A stretch of DNA of 64,000 nt from Ginglymostoma cirratum (Eukaryota): contig JAHRHZ010000105.1 of assembly GCA_024137785.1 (NCBI GenBank), positions 6,328,219 through 6,392,218 of the forward strand, written 5' to 3'. This document shows, one piece after another, positions 11,681 through 24,580 of this stretch (its first letter is position 1; every line of letters starts with the position of its first letter). The position numbers and the translations under genes were made by a program. A model generated the notes under the pieces. That model was not told the origin of the DNA. It did not search any database and saw nothing but the letters and a program-made list of their open reading frames with translations.

Positions 11681-13289
11681 TCCCAAATAATAAAGCGAAG
11701 AGCGAATTATATCCCGCGATTCTGCTTTGTCGAGATCGGATCATCGCAATTAACAAGATTAAATAACAACAACGAACTCTGCAATTTTACACCTTGCCAC
11801 ACAGTTTGTTAGAAAATATTTCTGAACAATTGCCACTCCTAAAACTGCAAAAATAAGTGTCAAATATTGAGAGGGGTTTACTAAGGTTGGCTCGATACAG
11901 TGACCTTAGAGCGTGGTTACAAATTCATGTCAATATTCCAGACTCATAACAAAGTAGTTGAATAAAATAAAGACCTACACCGTAGTTTTTATTTTGAAAT
12001 AATAAAACACTTAAGTCGAAGCCATCTGCAATAAAAAAAAACTTGGAGTGACTACAGGACCAAGAAACCTCAACGTGTACACATTTCCGTGTTGTTTTCG
12101 TGCTTTACAAAATTGGTGGAGATTCCTAGCCCAACGGTAAGTGAAATCTACAGATTTTTCGAGGGGTGTGTACGAGAAACAGTTTCGAATAATTATTCTC
12201 GGAATTAAAACTCTGGTCTATCAGAGGGTCTACATAACAAAACACAGCAGATGTGAGCGGGACAGCATTGGATTTTTTTAACTTGTGGTCCACATTGCAC
12301 TTTTTGATTTCATTGTTCCTTTTATCTAAGTCTGCAGATGTGAGCAGTTGAATGTGGACCCGCAGACTTTGGCCAAATAAATGTTACGTTGGATCACAAA
12401 TAATAGGTTTCTGTTCCTTTATTGAGGTCTGCGTTTTAAACGATTAACGCAATCCTGATTAACCTAATCCACTAAGAGCACACAACCCAATTTATAACTC
12501 AACCATTCGAGGCAAAAAGTACCCCAGTGAGTAAAGTGATTTTCAATAATCTTGTAGTAATGGATCAGAATTATTCCGTATTATCGATTAATAGTTTCAC
12601 ATGACTGGTAGTCAAGGTTATTTTAGCTCATTCCACTTTTTGTAAAGCTCCCCGTCAAAGGATAATACTTGCTAGTTTTTCCCATTTACCTGGAACCTGT
12701 TGTATGAAGCAGATTGTGAATGAACGCACTATTACAATCAGCACAAAATCTTTCTGCTCGGCGTGGAGTCAAACTTCACTCTTTTTTTGGTACAAGGGCG
12801 TCTCTAATTCAAAGTCAGAAATGGTTTATCCACTCACATGTACCAATGAAATGTTAGGGCTGCTTTATCGACGATTATTTTGTCTTAAAAGGTTACTTAA
12901 ATAAACATTTTTAACGCGCGTTCGGAGTCTTGTATGCCCAATTACATTCTGTGTCAAAACTAGGGCATCAGTGACAAACTTTTCCAAAACGGTTCAACAA
13001 AACATTTTGTAAAGTTTGAATGGACATTGATCGTTTACCGATTGTTAGTTGTTGTCATAAGATTAGCAACGATTGCCAAACGACTGCACTTTATAACCGG
13101 GATAAATTGACTACAAGAACTGACCGACATTAGAATAGGGACTTTTCATACAGTTTTGACCGCTGCTTCAAGTGGTGATTCCCAGTTGGTTGTAAGTATT
13201 TTGAAAGCATTGGAGAAAAATAAACATCACAGGTTCCCTCCCCGCCCACTGCCCAACTACTCCCCCCCCCCTACCCCCACCCCCAACTT

Positions 13290-14250
13290 TGAGCGCTTTC
13301 TTGCAGGCAAATAAACAATTGGGACTTTACAGTAGCAAAGCCCCACATTAAGTAACATTAAAACGTGCAATCTGTCTACATACTACTCTACATACTCTAC
13401 ATACTATCTATATTTCAGTTTAAGCTACCAGAAATCTCAAGGTAATCGGCTGTCATTGTACAATTCTGCCATCTAAACTCAGTTAATAGTTTTTTTTAAA
13501 AAAATACGACAGTGACAGAGGGAACAATCTGACTATATTTTTGGATTATAATCAGGGCGTCTCATTAAAAGAGATGTTCTAATATTCAGGTAAAACCAAA
13601 CTAAACCATGATATTAATGAGCAAATGCTTGGACGCTTGCCTTTTATAGTCTTCATTGAAATTGAGAAGATAGTAATGACTTGTCCAGATGCAGCACAAT
13701 CCTTTTCCTAAACTGCTGTAACTGTTCTTGTAAAAGAAACTGGGATTATCATCACATTTAGCGACATAAACTGCCCCAGAAGCAAAGGGTAGCCTCAGAT
13801 TGGAGATGCTATTGAGCATTTTAAAGTCGTGCTTTCTACCGACAACACAGAAGCAATGTTTATGGTGGACCCCGCTACCCACAACCTTGTTCCGATTGGA
13901 GACACCATCATCACCGGGCTACGAATTAATTTCAAGGGGCTATGATACGGCTGTAGCTACCTTCCCTCAAATGTGGCAAGAAGTACAGGCCATCGTTTAA
14001 ATTAATCCCTTGTCTGTGTAGCTGGCAATGTAACATTTACTTTTCTCTTGCAGTCATGAGACAGAGAGAGAGGGAGGAAAAAATGCCTTTTTGGAAAGCG
14101 TAGGTTTAGCTCACGAAATTCACTGGCTCGCATTCACCAGATTGCAGGACTGAGCTGCTGGTGAGCTGCAAATGCCATGTAATTCTAATGAGCGTCGAAT
14201 GTTTAACAAGGGTTTCAGTCATTAACATGTTTCGCAATGGGCCTATTTAA
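13290..14250. promoter_or_regulatory. Candidate long conserved non-coding element
   Basis: About 1 kb without recognisable TE sequence, carrying FOX (AAATAAACA), homeodomain (TAAT/ATTA clusters) and TAATCC motifs. Confidence 0.35.
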
Positions 14251-14686
14251 ACTACAGCTCGAAGTACGGCTGGAAGAGGCGCTTGTGCTTCAGGAGGCCC
14301 GCATTCAAGTCCCACCTGCTCCAGAGGTGTCTCCCAACATCTTGGCTGGATTGTTCTTGAGGTAAATCCGTTGCCGAATTTTGCAGCTTTCCAAAGTTAA
14401 AGTTATCGACGATTGAAGTAACCGAAACATTCCTAAATGTCTGTAATTGACTAGAACATTCCAGAATACGGATCAATCATTCTAATCTGCGTCCTTTCGA
14501 GGTGAAAGAGCTTTAAATCAGTTCCCCTTAATGAGCCTTGGACATAGTTTTAATTTTGAGGAAAAGTTTCTATCAGAATCTGAACGATACCTACTTGTGT
14601 GTCTTTAAGGAGAGTTTCTTTCCCATTCTTGTTGTCTGCAATCCAGGTTTATTTCTGGGATGACGCCAACTCCTTCGCCAAAGGGC

Positions 14687-14822
14687 ATAGAACATAGAAC
14701 AGTACAGGCCCTTCGGCCCACGATGTTGTGCAACCTAATATCCTACTCTAAGATCAAACTACCCTGCATATCCTACATTTTACTATCATCCATGTGCCTA
14801 TCCAAGAGTCGCTTAAATGTCC
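14687..14822 (-). mobile_element. CR1/HER1 LINE 3' tail
   Basis: CATAGAACATAGAACAGTACAGGCCCTTCGGCCCACGATGTTGTG...CCATGTGCCTATCCAAGAGTCGCTTAAATG. Confidence 0.85.
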
Positions 14823-15261
14823 TGAAATCCAACGATTAATTTATTTCCTGATTAAAATTGAAATTACGCAATTTAGCATTTAGCACAACAAAAAAAAGTT
14901 CTCATTGAATGGGTGTCTTTTAAACATTCAACTCATAAGTGTTAACTGTTTCCCAATGGTTAAATGGTCCAACCTCGATAAACCATTTATTAAAAGATAA
15001 ATATATCCAGCACCGGTTAATGGGATTCATCCTTTACCGCGTACAATTGAACTCAACATAACAAAAGCTGGAGGTGGGATTTGCTCCCACAGCAGATCCA
15101 GTGGGAAACGGCGTTTCTCCTGAAATAATTCCAATACCATTTGAAAGATATCTACTCCCTTGGATCAGGAATTCATATATGGGCTTCTGTTGTTCTCTGT
15201 CGTTGGTCACCTGGAGCCAAATCTGCAGATATTTTCCAATCAAACGGTTCACAAATGTTCT

Positions 15262-15935
15262 AGATAGGAACAGGAATAGGCCATTCAGCCCCTCGAGCCT
15301 GTTCCGCCATTAACGAGTTCTTGTGGTCGAATTCCTTTGGCCCTATCTTTTAATACCATTCCCCGAACAAAAGAAAATCAATCTCAGATTTGAAATTAAC
15401 AACTGATCCAGCATCCACTGCAGTTTGTGGAAGAGAGCCTTTGCTGTAGAAGCACTTCCTAACATCTCCCAGAATGGTTTGACCCTCATTCACAAACTGT
15501 ACCCCGGTTCTAGAATCCTCAACCAGTGGAAATAGTTTATCCTTATCTATCCTGTCTTTTCCTGTTGATATCTGGAAGACTTTGATCAAATCACTCCATA
15601 ACCTTCTAAATTCTCGAGAAAACAGGCCTAGAAGAAGGGTCCCGACCCGAAACGTCAACTTTCCTGCTCCTCTGATGCTGCCTGGCCTGTTGTGTTCCTC
15701 CAGCTCCACACTTTGTTACCTCTGACTCCAGCATCTGCAGTTCTTACTATCTCTAATTTGTATAATCTCTTTTTATATCTTAACGTCTGAAATCCAGGTC
15801 TCATTCCAGTAAATCTGTAAACCGTCCAAATCCATAGTTCCTTTCTAAAGTATAGAGCCCGGATCTGCTCACAGCATTCCAAGTGGGGTCCAAACAAGTT
15901 TTTGTTTAACCCGCGCCATAACTTCTGCAGCCTGT
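15262..15935 (-). mobile_element. CR1 LINE 3' fragment interrupted by a Penelope mini-element
   Basis: Minus-strand peptides PHLECCEQI..YFRKE and FRRLWSDLIKVFQI...DKDKLFPLV (CR1 ORF2 C-terminus); tail GGCCATTCAGCCCCTCGAGCCTG. Confidence 0.85.
15631..15754 (+). mobile_element. Penelope-derived mini-element nested in CR1
   Basis: GAAGAAGGGTCCCGACCCGAAACGTCAACTTTCCTGCTCC...CCAGCATCTGCAGTTCTTACTATCTCTA. Confidence 0.9.
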
Positions 15936-16018
15936 TGCAACACACGTCTGGAGCAGCTGGGATTTGAACCCACGGTCTCCTGGTTCGGAGGTAGAAGAAC
16001 TACAATTGACACAAGGGA
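15936..16018 (-). mobile_element. Short tRNA-derived SINE fragment (related copies ~14280-14350 and ~17722-17815)
   Basis: The three loci share a B-box-like segment of the form GTTCAAGTCCCACCTGCTCCAGAGGTG. Confidence 0.5.
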
Positions 16019-17429
16019 GATGGCGTCTATTAAAGTCTTAGGAAGTGAAACATGCTGCTCGGGGACAAATTGAATTTTCTTGCAAATATTGCGATATTCA
16101 AGTTGCAATATTTTGCAATATTTTTAACAATTTTAGGAATAAAGTATATTTTGGGGAAAATAAACGTGTAAACAGAGGTGGAGTGGGATTGTTTGTTTGA
16201 CTTCATTAGGTCCATTTGTTTTACTTTTAATTTGAGTGAACTGCATTATTGTGGCTGAAACACCCACTGATCAGTATTAGAATTCCCGAATACAAATATC
16301 CTGGGAGCTGGAGTCTGCAGCACAGTCGGAGTTGATGTTTTGTTAAAAGGCCATCGACCTAAAAAAAAACCTGGTTCTCTTTCCAAACATGCTGCCCGAT
16401 CTGCTGAGCATTTTTATTGGCATCACCTGAGATTCCCAGCCTCCCGCAGCATTTTGCACTGGCTGTGTACTGCCCCAGTCTCACTGTGCCGAGGGAATGT
16501 GACACTCTTGCCCCTGCGGTGATAAAATTCCGGGAGTGATGCTGGGTTGTTCTCTCTTTTCCGGAACGTCTCCATGGATCTGAAACTCAGCTCGAATTAT
16601 CGAGACACTGGGTATGGAATCGTCTCGTGTATTCACTCATCCCGGTCAAGCGAACCCCAAAGGAGTAATAAAATGATTTTGGGGCGTCTGATATCAGGGA
16701 CCGATGGCGTCTCGATTAACTGGCACCGGGGTTTGACATCCATTGTTCTTTAAGGACATCCTGTTATCTGACCCAAGTCAGGTATCCCATTGTAACGTCT
16801 GTTTATTATTCTGCAGGATGCAATGTTTCTGGCCTTCACTCACTCATTTGCATTACAAACGGTACCTCTCATTCCTGGTTTGAAACATGCATTTTTCTCA
16901 TTAAGACCCACTTTCAGTAGATAAGAGGGTCTCCCTGCCATTTGTTTTCACAGTTAATCCCGTTGACGAGTATTCGCCAAACAGTAAATCACAGGGGTGT
17001 GGGAACGCTATTAGAGAAAAGGAGGTTTTTTTTGCTTTAATAAATGCTGGTGACAACTCTGCTCTAACCGAGCACTGATATTCCCGTGTGTCGAGTGTAG
17101 CAAAAAAGAGACCGAGCAATGTTGCATTCTCAGGTTCGTACAGGCTCTCCCAAGTTGGAAGATCCTTTGGAGCTGTGTAATTCCGAGCAATTTTTATCTC
17201 CATTCCAGATTTTCATCCTTTATGGTTCTATTTTTACCTCTTGCTTGGTCCTTTTTCCTCTCAAAACTAACTTGGCAAATCCCTACCCTTATTGAATCCT
17301 AAACCTAGGCCTGGGAACTTAACATATCAACAAGTCACCCGTCGATCAAGTGGGCTTGATATATGTTATGTATAGGATAAATATATATACTATATACAGT
17401 CCTTTATACTGTATGCAGTATATGGACAT

Positions 17430-17575
17430 TAGTATATTTAAGGCTGAGATACATAGATACTTGGACAATGGGGGAATCAAGGGTTATGGGGAAAGGGCAG
17501 CGTGGGTTTAGCCATGATCATATTGAATGATGGAGCAGGCTCCAGGGGCCAATGGCCTATTCCTGATCTTATGGT
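17430..17575 (+). mobile_element. CR1 LINE 3' end
   Basis: AAGGCTGAGATACATAGA...GGAATCAAGGGTTATGGGG...GCCATGATCATATTGAATGATGGAGCAGGCTC. Confidence 0.8.
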
Positions 17576-17616
17576 CCACAAGCAATTAAAGTCAATCCGT
17601 ATTGGCCTCAACTAGT

Positions 17617-17688
17617 AGCTGGTCAGCTCAAATGGTTAGATCATGGTAGGAATAATGCCAAGGTCTGAGGTTGATCTCCATACTAGTA
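17617..17688 (+). pseudogene. tRNA-Ile(AAT)-derived pseudogene
   Basis: AGCTGGTCAGCTCAAATGGTTAGATCATGGTAGGAATAATGCCAAGGTCTGAGGTTGATCTCCATACTAG aligns along its full length to vertebrate tRNA-Ile-AAT (GGCCGGTTAGCTCAGTTGGTTAGAGCGTGGTGCTAATAACGCCAAGGTCGCGGGTTCGATCCCCGTAC), with broken stems and a 1-nt T-loop deletion. Confidence 0.7.
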
Positions 17689-17943
17689 GACATTGCTGGT
17701 TCTGATCCCTTTCAGCTTAAAGAGCTCTTGTAATGTAGTGGCAGCATCTTTAACAATGGGCCAGAAGTCCTGGGTACAAGTCTCACTTGTTCCAGAGGTG
17801 TGACTGAATTGGTTAGGAAGGTTAATTCCTACTGGCAAATCCAATTTGTTTCCATAATGAGTACATGATGTCACAACACAGCAATATTTGAATCATACAA
17901 CTACAGTAGTCAAAATTTGACACAGTACCACTTAAATAAAAAG

Positions 17944-18140
17944 CCATAGTCTTACCGGACATGGGGCTGCCCTCTAGAGACTGGTGATGTTAACCTAAGG
18001 GTCACCATGCCTCATGTGAGGGGAGAGGTTGAGAAGAAGACTCCTTCATAGTAACCTCAACCAGCACAGAAAGTGAACCCATGCTATTTGGTGTCTCTCC
18101 ATATTGTAAACTAATCAATCAGAGTAGAGCTAACCAGCTC
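17944..18140 (-). mobile_element. tRNA-headed SINE (family C)
   Basis: AACCTAAGGGTCACCATGCCTCA..GAGGGGAGAGGTTGAGAAG...TCCTTCATAGTAACCTCA; homologous to 33168-33360 (-) and 29420-29615 (+). Confidence 0.7.
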
Positions 18141-18515
18141 CATCCTTGAGCAGACACTAGGACAGGTGACCACAAGCTTTGATGGACTTAAAGAGCAATT
18201 TTAAAGGATAAAGAGACATTCGGGGAGAAAATTCCAGAGGGTGGGTCATAAGTAGCAGAAGATGTAATGGTGGAAGGATGAGAATCAGAAGTACACAGAG
18301 GACAAAATTGGAGGAGCCAGGAATCTCAGGTTTTAGGACTCATGCTGACTGCCAGGTTAATGACAGTACAAAGCCAAGGAGTGATCTGAAAATATTCTAT
18401 TTGAAAACTTTACTTAAAACCCAATAAAATAGGTTAATCATAGAGAAAAGAAAAACATTTTAAACATTACCCCAAAGATAGCCAATCAATTGGGGAACCA
18501 AGTTAGATCAGGTTA

Positions 18516-19352
18516 TTAGAGATAACAAGGCGTGAGGCTGGATGAACACAGCAGGCCAAGCAGCATCATAGGAGCAGGAAAACTTGACATTTCGGGCCTA
18601 GACCCTTCATCAGAAATGGGGGAGGGGAAGAGGGTTCTGAAATAAATAGGGAGAGAGGGGGAGGTGGATATAGGATGGATAGAGGAGAGGATAGGTGGAG
18701 AGGAGGCAGACAAGTCGAAGAGGCGGGGATGGAGCCAGTAAAGGTGAGTGTAGGTTGGGAGGTAGGGAGGAGATAGGTCAGTCCAGGGAGGACGGACAGG
18801 TCAAGGGGGCGGGATGATGTTAGTAGATGGGAGATGGGGGTGGGGCTTGAGGTGGGAGGTGGGGATAGGTGAGAGGAAAAACAGGTTAGGGAGGTGGAGA
18901 TGAGCTGAGCTGGTTTTGGGATGCGGTTGGGGGAGGGGAGATTTTGAAGCTTGTGAAATCCATATTGATGCCATTGGGCTGCAGGGTTCCCAGGCTGAAT
19001 ATGATTTGCTTTTCCTGCAGCCTTTGGGTGGCATCACTGTGGCATTGCAGGAGGCCCAGGATGGACATGTCATCTGAGGAATGGGAGGGGGAGTTGAAAT
19101 GGTTCGCGACTGGGAGGTGCAGTTGTTTGTTGCGAACTGAGCGCAGGTGTTCTGCAAAGCGGTCCCCAAGCCTCCGCTTGGTTTCCCCGATGTAGAGGAA
19201 GCCACAATGGGTACAGCGGATGCAGTATACCACATTGGTCTTGGGGCCTGGAATTGGGGTGAGGGAGGAGGTGTGGGGGCAGGTGTAGCACTTCCTGCGG
19301 TTGCAGGGAAAAGTGCCGGGTGTGGTGGGGCTGGAGGGGAGTGTGGTGCGGA
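18516..19352 (-). mobile_element. Penelope-like retroelement (Neptune-type) 3' portion: Cys linker, GIY-YIG endonuclease, 3' UTR and hammerhead-containing terminus
   Basis: PGTFPCNRRKCYTCP linker near 19280-19320, the GIY-YIG ORF at 18886-19233, a pyrimidine-rich UTR, then CTGATGAAGGGTCTAGGCCCGAAATGTC at 18613-18586. The element is 5'-truncated and has no RT. Confidence 0.93.
18886..19233 (-). pseudogene. GIY-YIG endonuclease domain of Penelope ORF (fragment)
   Basis: VYCIRCTHCGFLYIGETKRRLGDRFAEHLRSV...VANHFN..SH....ILGL...E.QIIFSLGTLQPNGIN. Confidence 0.92.
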
Positions 19353-19455
19353 CAGATTATTACTTTTCCCAACTCAGTCTGATCAGTTTGAATCTCTGGA
19401 ACCCAAATCAAGGCATAGCATAATCGGTCTCTGATCTGACTGAGTAAAAACAAAC

Positions 19456-19574
19456 ATCACAAATGAATTTTTCTGAAGAAGGATCCAGACCCGAAACATC
19501 AGCTTTCCTGCTCCTCTGATGCTGCTGGGCTGCTGTGTTCATCCAGCTTTACACCTTGTTATCACAAATGAATT
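19456..19574 (+). mobile_element. Penelope-derived mini-element with 14-bp TSD
   Basis: TSD ATCACAAATGAATT at 19456-19469 and 19561-19574; core CTGAAGAAGGATCCAGACCCGAAACATC at 19473-19500. Confidence 0.92.
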
Positions 19575-22189
19575 ATCAGCTGCCCAGCTCTAATTTTCCA
19601 GTACTTTATGGACTTCCTCCAACAGAACATACAGTTTTTCAATATCGCCCCATAGAAACATAAAAAGTTACAAATTGCATTATCATTTTATAGGTCATGA
19701 TCACTACAATACCATAAGTGAAGTATTTATAACATCCAAGACCTCGGGGGGTGGGGGTGGGGTCCAAACCCCAACGTCTTGGTGTTCTTATGCATTTGAT
19801 ACAGACCTATCAGTCTCAGGCTGTCTTCCTAGGTTGCTATGCCTGCTCACCTCTCCACCCCATTGACAATGTTTATTGTTGAACAGTTTTAAATTATGCA
19901 TCCAGAGAGCACTGGGCAGTTACTGGTCATAAATTGCATTGTTTTTATGTAAGAGGTCAGGAAGTTCAATGTTTTTCTCCTTCCCCATTTGCAGCAGCTC
20001 ATCAATGCTTGGCTGACATCCTTACTTCAGTCATACATGAAATTTATACGAAAAAATATAAAGCCTATTTTTAAGTCTACTTGGGAAAAAAAAATATATA
20101 ATCTTTAGTTTGAAGGATAATTTAACAGTTAGACTGTCAGTATAAAACTGATCACAATAATCTTGGCTCTGATTAAGAACCAAACAAAATTTTAAATGTC
20201 CAATTTTTCCCAGTTCCCTCTAATACAACCCCAGCATCCGGGGTTGTCTCTTGAGCCAATGCTATGATTGTTCTGTGGGGTGGAGCCTGAGTAGTATCAT
20301 TTCAAACTACAACTCAGTTTGCTTAATTTTGTTTCAATTGATAATTGGTATTTTCCAAAATATAATTTTAGTTATGCTTCCCCCTCAATATTTGCCAGAA
20401 ATACATCAATAAAACAAATATGTGAACAAAAGCTACTCCATCAAAAGCCTGCTGTGTTATTCCATTAGATTATGGCCGACCTGCACCTCAATTCCATTTA
20501 TGTGCTTTAGCTGTACACCTCTTGATGCTCTTACCTATCAAAAGTTGGCTCCATATGTTGTTGAATTATTGAGGGAGTACTGACCAAACACTAAGCCAAG
20601 ACGAATGAAGGGGTAGTTAGAAGAAATATTTTTCAGAGATCTATTTTTAAATGACGGTGGTCAATATATTTTTATTAGGTAATGGTTTGAACAGATACAG
20701 AGCTAAGCATGGTAAACTGAGGTATAAAACCACCGTCATCAAATTGAATGGCAGAGTCGAAAAAAGGTCCAATTCCTCTGTTTTTATGTAGGAGATTCTT
20801 AGAACATGGGCTGCTTATCCACAAGTTGTGAAGTGAATATTATAACATCATCTGAAAGGACCTTGGATAAGTTTTTATAGCAGAATATAGAAGGCTTTAC
20901 AGGGTAAGGGAACTGAGAAATAAGATTAGATTTAGATAGTTCCAGTTAAGATAATAGCGAGAGCACAGTCCAGTGGATTATATGGTCCCCTTCTGTGCTG
21001 TAATTTCCATAATCTATGAGGTTCACACTTTTCACTCCCTTGGGACCAGGAAAGGTCAGATGCCAAACATTACAGGGCCTAGATTTGTTGTATTCCTGGA
21101 AGTTTTATCAATGGGAGCTCTGTCTTCCTGGCTCCCACAGTAAAAGTTTCTTAGAGGTAGCTTCTTCTGATTTACTTGCACTCAGGCTCATTAATCAATC
21201 CATCACTGGGTTTTTTGTGGTTGTAATTAGAACCTTTTATTCAAACTGAAAATAGATTATATATTCCAGTTCATTCTTTTCTAATCTCTATGGGTGGTCA
21301 ATGCAAAATCAGGCCCTTTTACACTTTTGAGAAAATGTAAACAGAGAATGGACCGGAAATGGTCTGCACGGTGTTTTGGCTAACAGCTGATTTTGGTCAA
21401 CGACAGATGTTGCTAGAGTTTGTAAGGAGAATGAGAAAGACTGAATGGTCAATCATGGAACTCCTGTTGGTACTGGTCAGAGAGCTTTATGTGAATCTTT
21501 GTGTTTGTATCAGAAGTTGCCCTGCCATCTTCAGAATGTTTTCACCTTATTCATTCATGCTATATCTACTAAAACCTGATGCAATTTTCACTGTATAGTT
21601 TCAATTTTTCAATACTAGAGCAAGAACAACCTGTGCTTTTATAGAACAGAGAAAAGCAACTCAAATCATTAACTCTCTCTTTAATCATGCTGGTCGGACA
21701 ACTTGCACCGAACAATGAACAATTTAGAGCTGTTGATTTGAGCCCACTAGGTACATGGCTGAGGCTACTCCAGCTTTTTTCATGTGGAATTCATACAGCT
21801 GGTCATGTGTGGTTATGCTGATCAAATTCAGGTTCTGAAACTGAACAAAAATCACCTGATAGTTTCCTTGATTTGCCAGTGTTGATGAAAGACAGGTCGA
21901 GAGTACCAGGTGGGATTCCAACTTTTTTTTAACAAGCCTTGACAGTGAATTAAATTTACTGCAATGTTCTGACTGATAAAATCACCCATTCAATCAAATT
22001 TCAGGACAAATAATATCAAATTTTGAGTTTTTTTTATTAAGACTTCTTAATTGAATAAAATATAGTCAAACACGAAAAATGCAGTGTCCAAGTTTTAGTC
22101 TTTTTTAGCCATGCAGATTCATGCTGTGGAATTTATTGTTTAGATGTATTTTAGTCAGAAACTCAAGACTTATTGTAATTTTAAAAATT

Positions 22190-23200
22190 ACAGTATTATA
22201 GAATGATACCATACCTGTGGAGGCCATGTGGCCCATCATGCCTTTATCAGTTCTTTGTAAGACCTATCCAATTGATCAGCACTACATCCACAAACATTCA
22301 CTCCCTCCACCACTAATACTCAGTAGCAGCAGGATGCATTACCTACAAGATGCACTGCAGAAATTCACCACAGTTCTTTATATAGCACCTTCCTAACCTA
22401 CAACAACTTCCATCCAAAAAGTCAAGGGCATCAAATAAATGGGAACACCATCACTTGCAAGTTGCCCTCCAAATCACTCAACATCTTGAATCGGAAATTT
22501 ATTACCATTTCTTCTCGGTCACTAGATCAAATTCCCTTCCCTGCGTCTTTGTGAGTCTACCTACATCATATGGACTGCAACAAATCTAGAAGGTAGCTCA
22601 GTACCACCCTATCAAGGGCAATTAGGGATGGGCAACAAATGCTGGCCAGCCAGCAATGCTCACGTCCCACAAGTGAATAAGAAAAGTCTGTCCCATTCTC
22701 TTGCACTTTCTCTGTAGCCCTGTCCTCTTTCCACTTCCAGTATATATCTAGTTCATTGTTGAAAGTTATAATTGAATATGTTTCCATACCCTTTAGGCAC
22801 TGAATTCCACATCATAACAACTCACTGTGTATTTTTTTTTTCCCTCGTGTTGCCTCTGGTTCATTTGCCAATGATCTTAAATCCTTTGGTCACAGACCTC
22901 TCTGTTCCTGGAAGCAGTTCATCTTTATTTGCTGTATCTAAATCCTTCATGACTTTGAATACTTCTGTCACATTTCCCCTTAACTATTTTTTCTATAAAG
23001 GAAATTGCTGCAGTTTTTCTTATCTCACCACGTTAATTAACTTTTTCATCACTGGCAACATTCTAATAAATTTACTCTGCACACTCAGGGTTGAAACCAT
23101 TCATAAAGTATGGTGCCAAGAAAAAGGTGTTGCCCACCAACTGGAGACCTATTTGCATTTTGTAAGGATTTAGCATAATTTCCTTGACCTTGTGCTTAGC
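22190..23200 (-). mobile_element. Old CR1 fragment split by a family-B LINE
   Basis: GGAGGCCATGTGGCCCATCATG tail near 22220, resuming at ~22685 (TGAATTCCACATCATAACAACTCACTG...TCATGACTTTGAATACTTC). Confidence 0.6.
22275..22682 (+). mobile_element. CR1/L2-clade LINE (family B) 3' fragment
   Basis: CATTCACTCCCTCCACCAC...CTACAAGATGCACTGCAG...AAGGGCAATTAGGGATGGGCAACAAATGCTGGCCAGCCAGC. Confidence 0.8.
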
Positions 23201-24184
23201 AATCCCCGTGAGTTTGGAATGAGGGCGATGGTACGTGTAAGTTTAGGAAATCTCAAACTCGATCCCAACCCACTTTGAACTCTCACATTTCAGATTTTAA
23301 CACAGCTTGAAACAGGAGGTGAGGGGAGGGGAGTTGTTGGTGAGGGTCTGATACAGATGGGTGAGCAACCGACATATTCCCAGTACATGGATTGATCATT
23401 TAAATACCTATATGATTCAGGTTTAATCTATCTACCAGGCTTAATCCAAACAACTAAATGGAGATGAAGACAACTTCATGGAAAAGAGTGAGTGCTTTTT
23501 GGCACTGTTTATGGGCCAGGATGAACATGAGCAATTCCTGCCCGCTTTCCCGCCTACCGTTCCAGCCCGCCTACCATTCCAGCCCACACCCCATCCCAAG
23601 ACTAAGAACACAATCTCATTCCACAATGAATGAATACCCCAATGATCAACCTATCACCTACCTCCTCAACCTCCCACTCAGGATCAGACCTCCCACAAGA
23701 TCTGATTCCCCTCCTTCCACTCCACTTGTCTCAAGCTCAAGAACCAAAAATTCCAAGACCATTTGGAGATTACCTTTCTGTCGCTGGGCTGTAGCCTTCT
23801 CGGGAGCTTTACCTGTCCTAAAGAGAGACAGTCAAACTGCCTTCTGAACCAAAAATCTCTAGGGAATAAAGGTGCACACTTTGGAATAAAATTGACCTGA
23901 CCAAAAGTCTACATCTCCCTCACAAACCCAATCGCAGGCAAGATTGGGGCTTTTGACTTCATTTAGAAAGCTGAGAGTCCTATACTTGTTTTGAACTTGT
24001 CCTGCTGTCTGCAAAGGTATGTGTACATATACCTACAGGGTCTCTGTTCTTGCAACTAGTTTAAAATTACACGATTCACTTTGCAGTGTAAACATCTTAG
24101 TTACGGGCGAAACAATGGGAACATGGAATTATGTTTTACATGCAAGTATGAAGCTCCATAGCTGACATCAAACTGAAGTCCTAT

Positions 24185-24580
24185 TGTAGCAGTCTAGTCT
24201 CTGAGTCAGTAGGTTGAAATTCTAAGCACATAATCTAACTGACATTTTAGTGCAGTACAGAGGGAATGCTGCATTGGCAGAGAAGCTGTTTGTCAGAAGA
24301 AATGCTAAAGAGAAACTCCATCTGTCCCCTCAGGTGTCATAATTGGCACAGGAATTCCCCTGTGCAAAGTATTCATTCTTCAACCAGCTTTACTGTCAAA
24401 ACTGGTTGTCTCTGTACATTACCTTCTGATTTTTTTGTGGGGGTGGGGTGGGGGGGGGGCGATGGTGGTTGTTGTGCATAAATTGGACACTGTGTTTCCT
24501 ACTCTATAAGAATATCTACATTTCAAAAATACTTTGCTGACTATAAAGAATTTTGAGACTTTCTGATTTGGTGAAAGCTT
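24185..24580 (+). mobile_element. Deu-domain (SacSINE1/AmnSINE-like) SINE, degraded
   Basis: CTGACATTTTAGTGCAGTACAGAGGGAATGCTGCATTG...TGTGCATAAATTGG...TGTGTTTCCTAC...TTTCAAAAATACTT. Confidence 0.6.
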
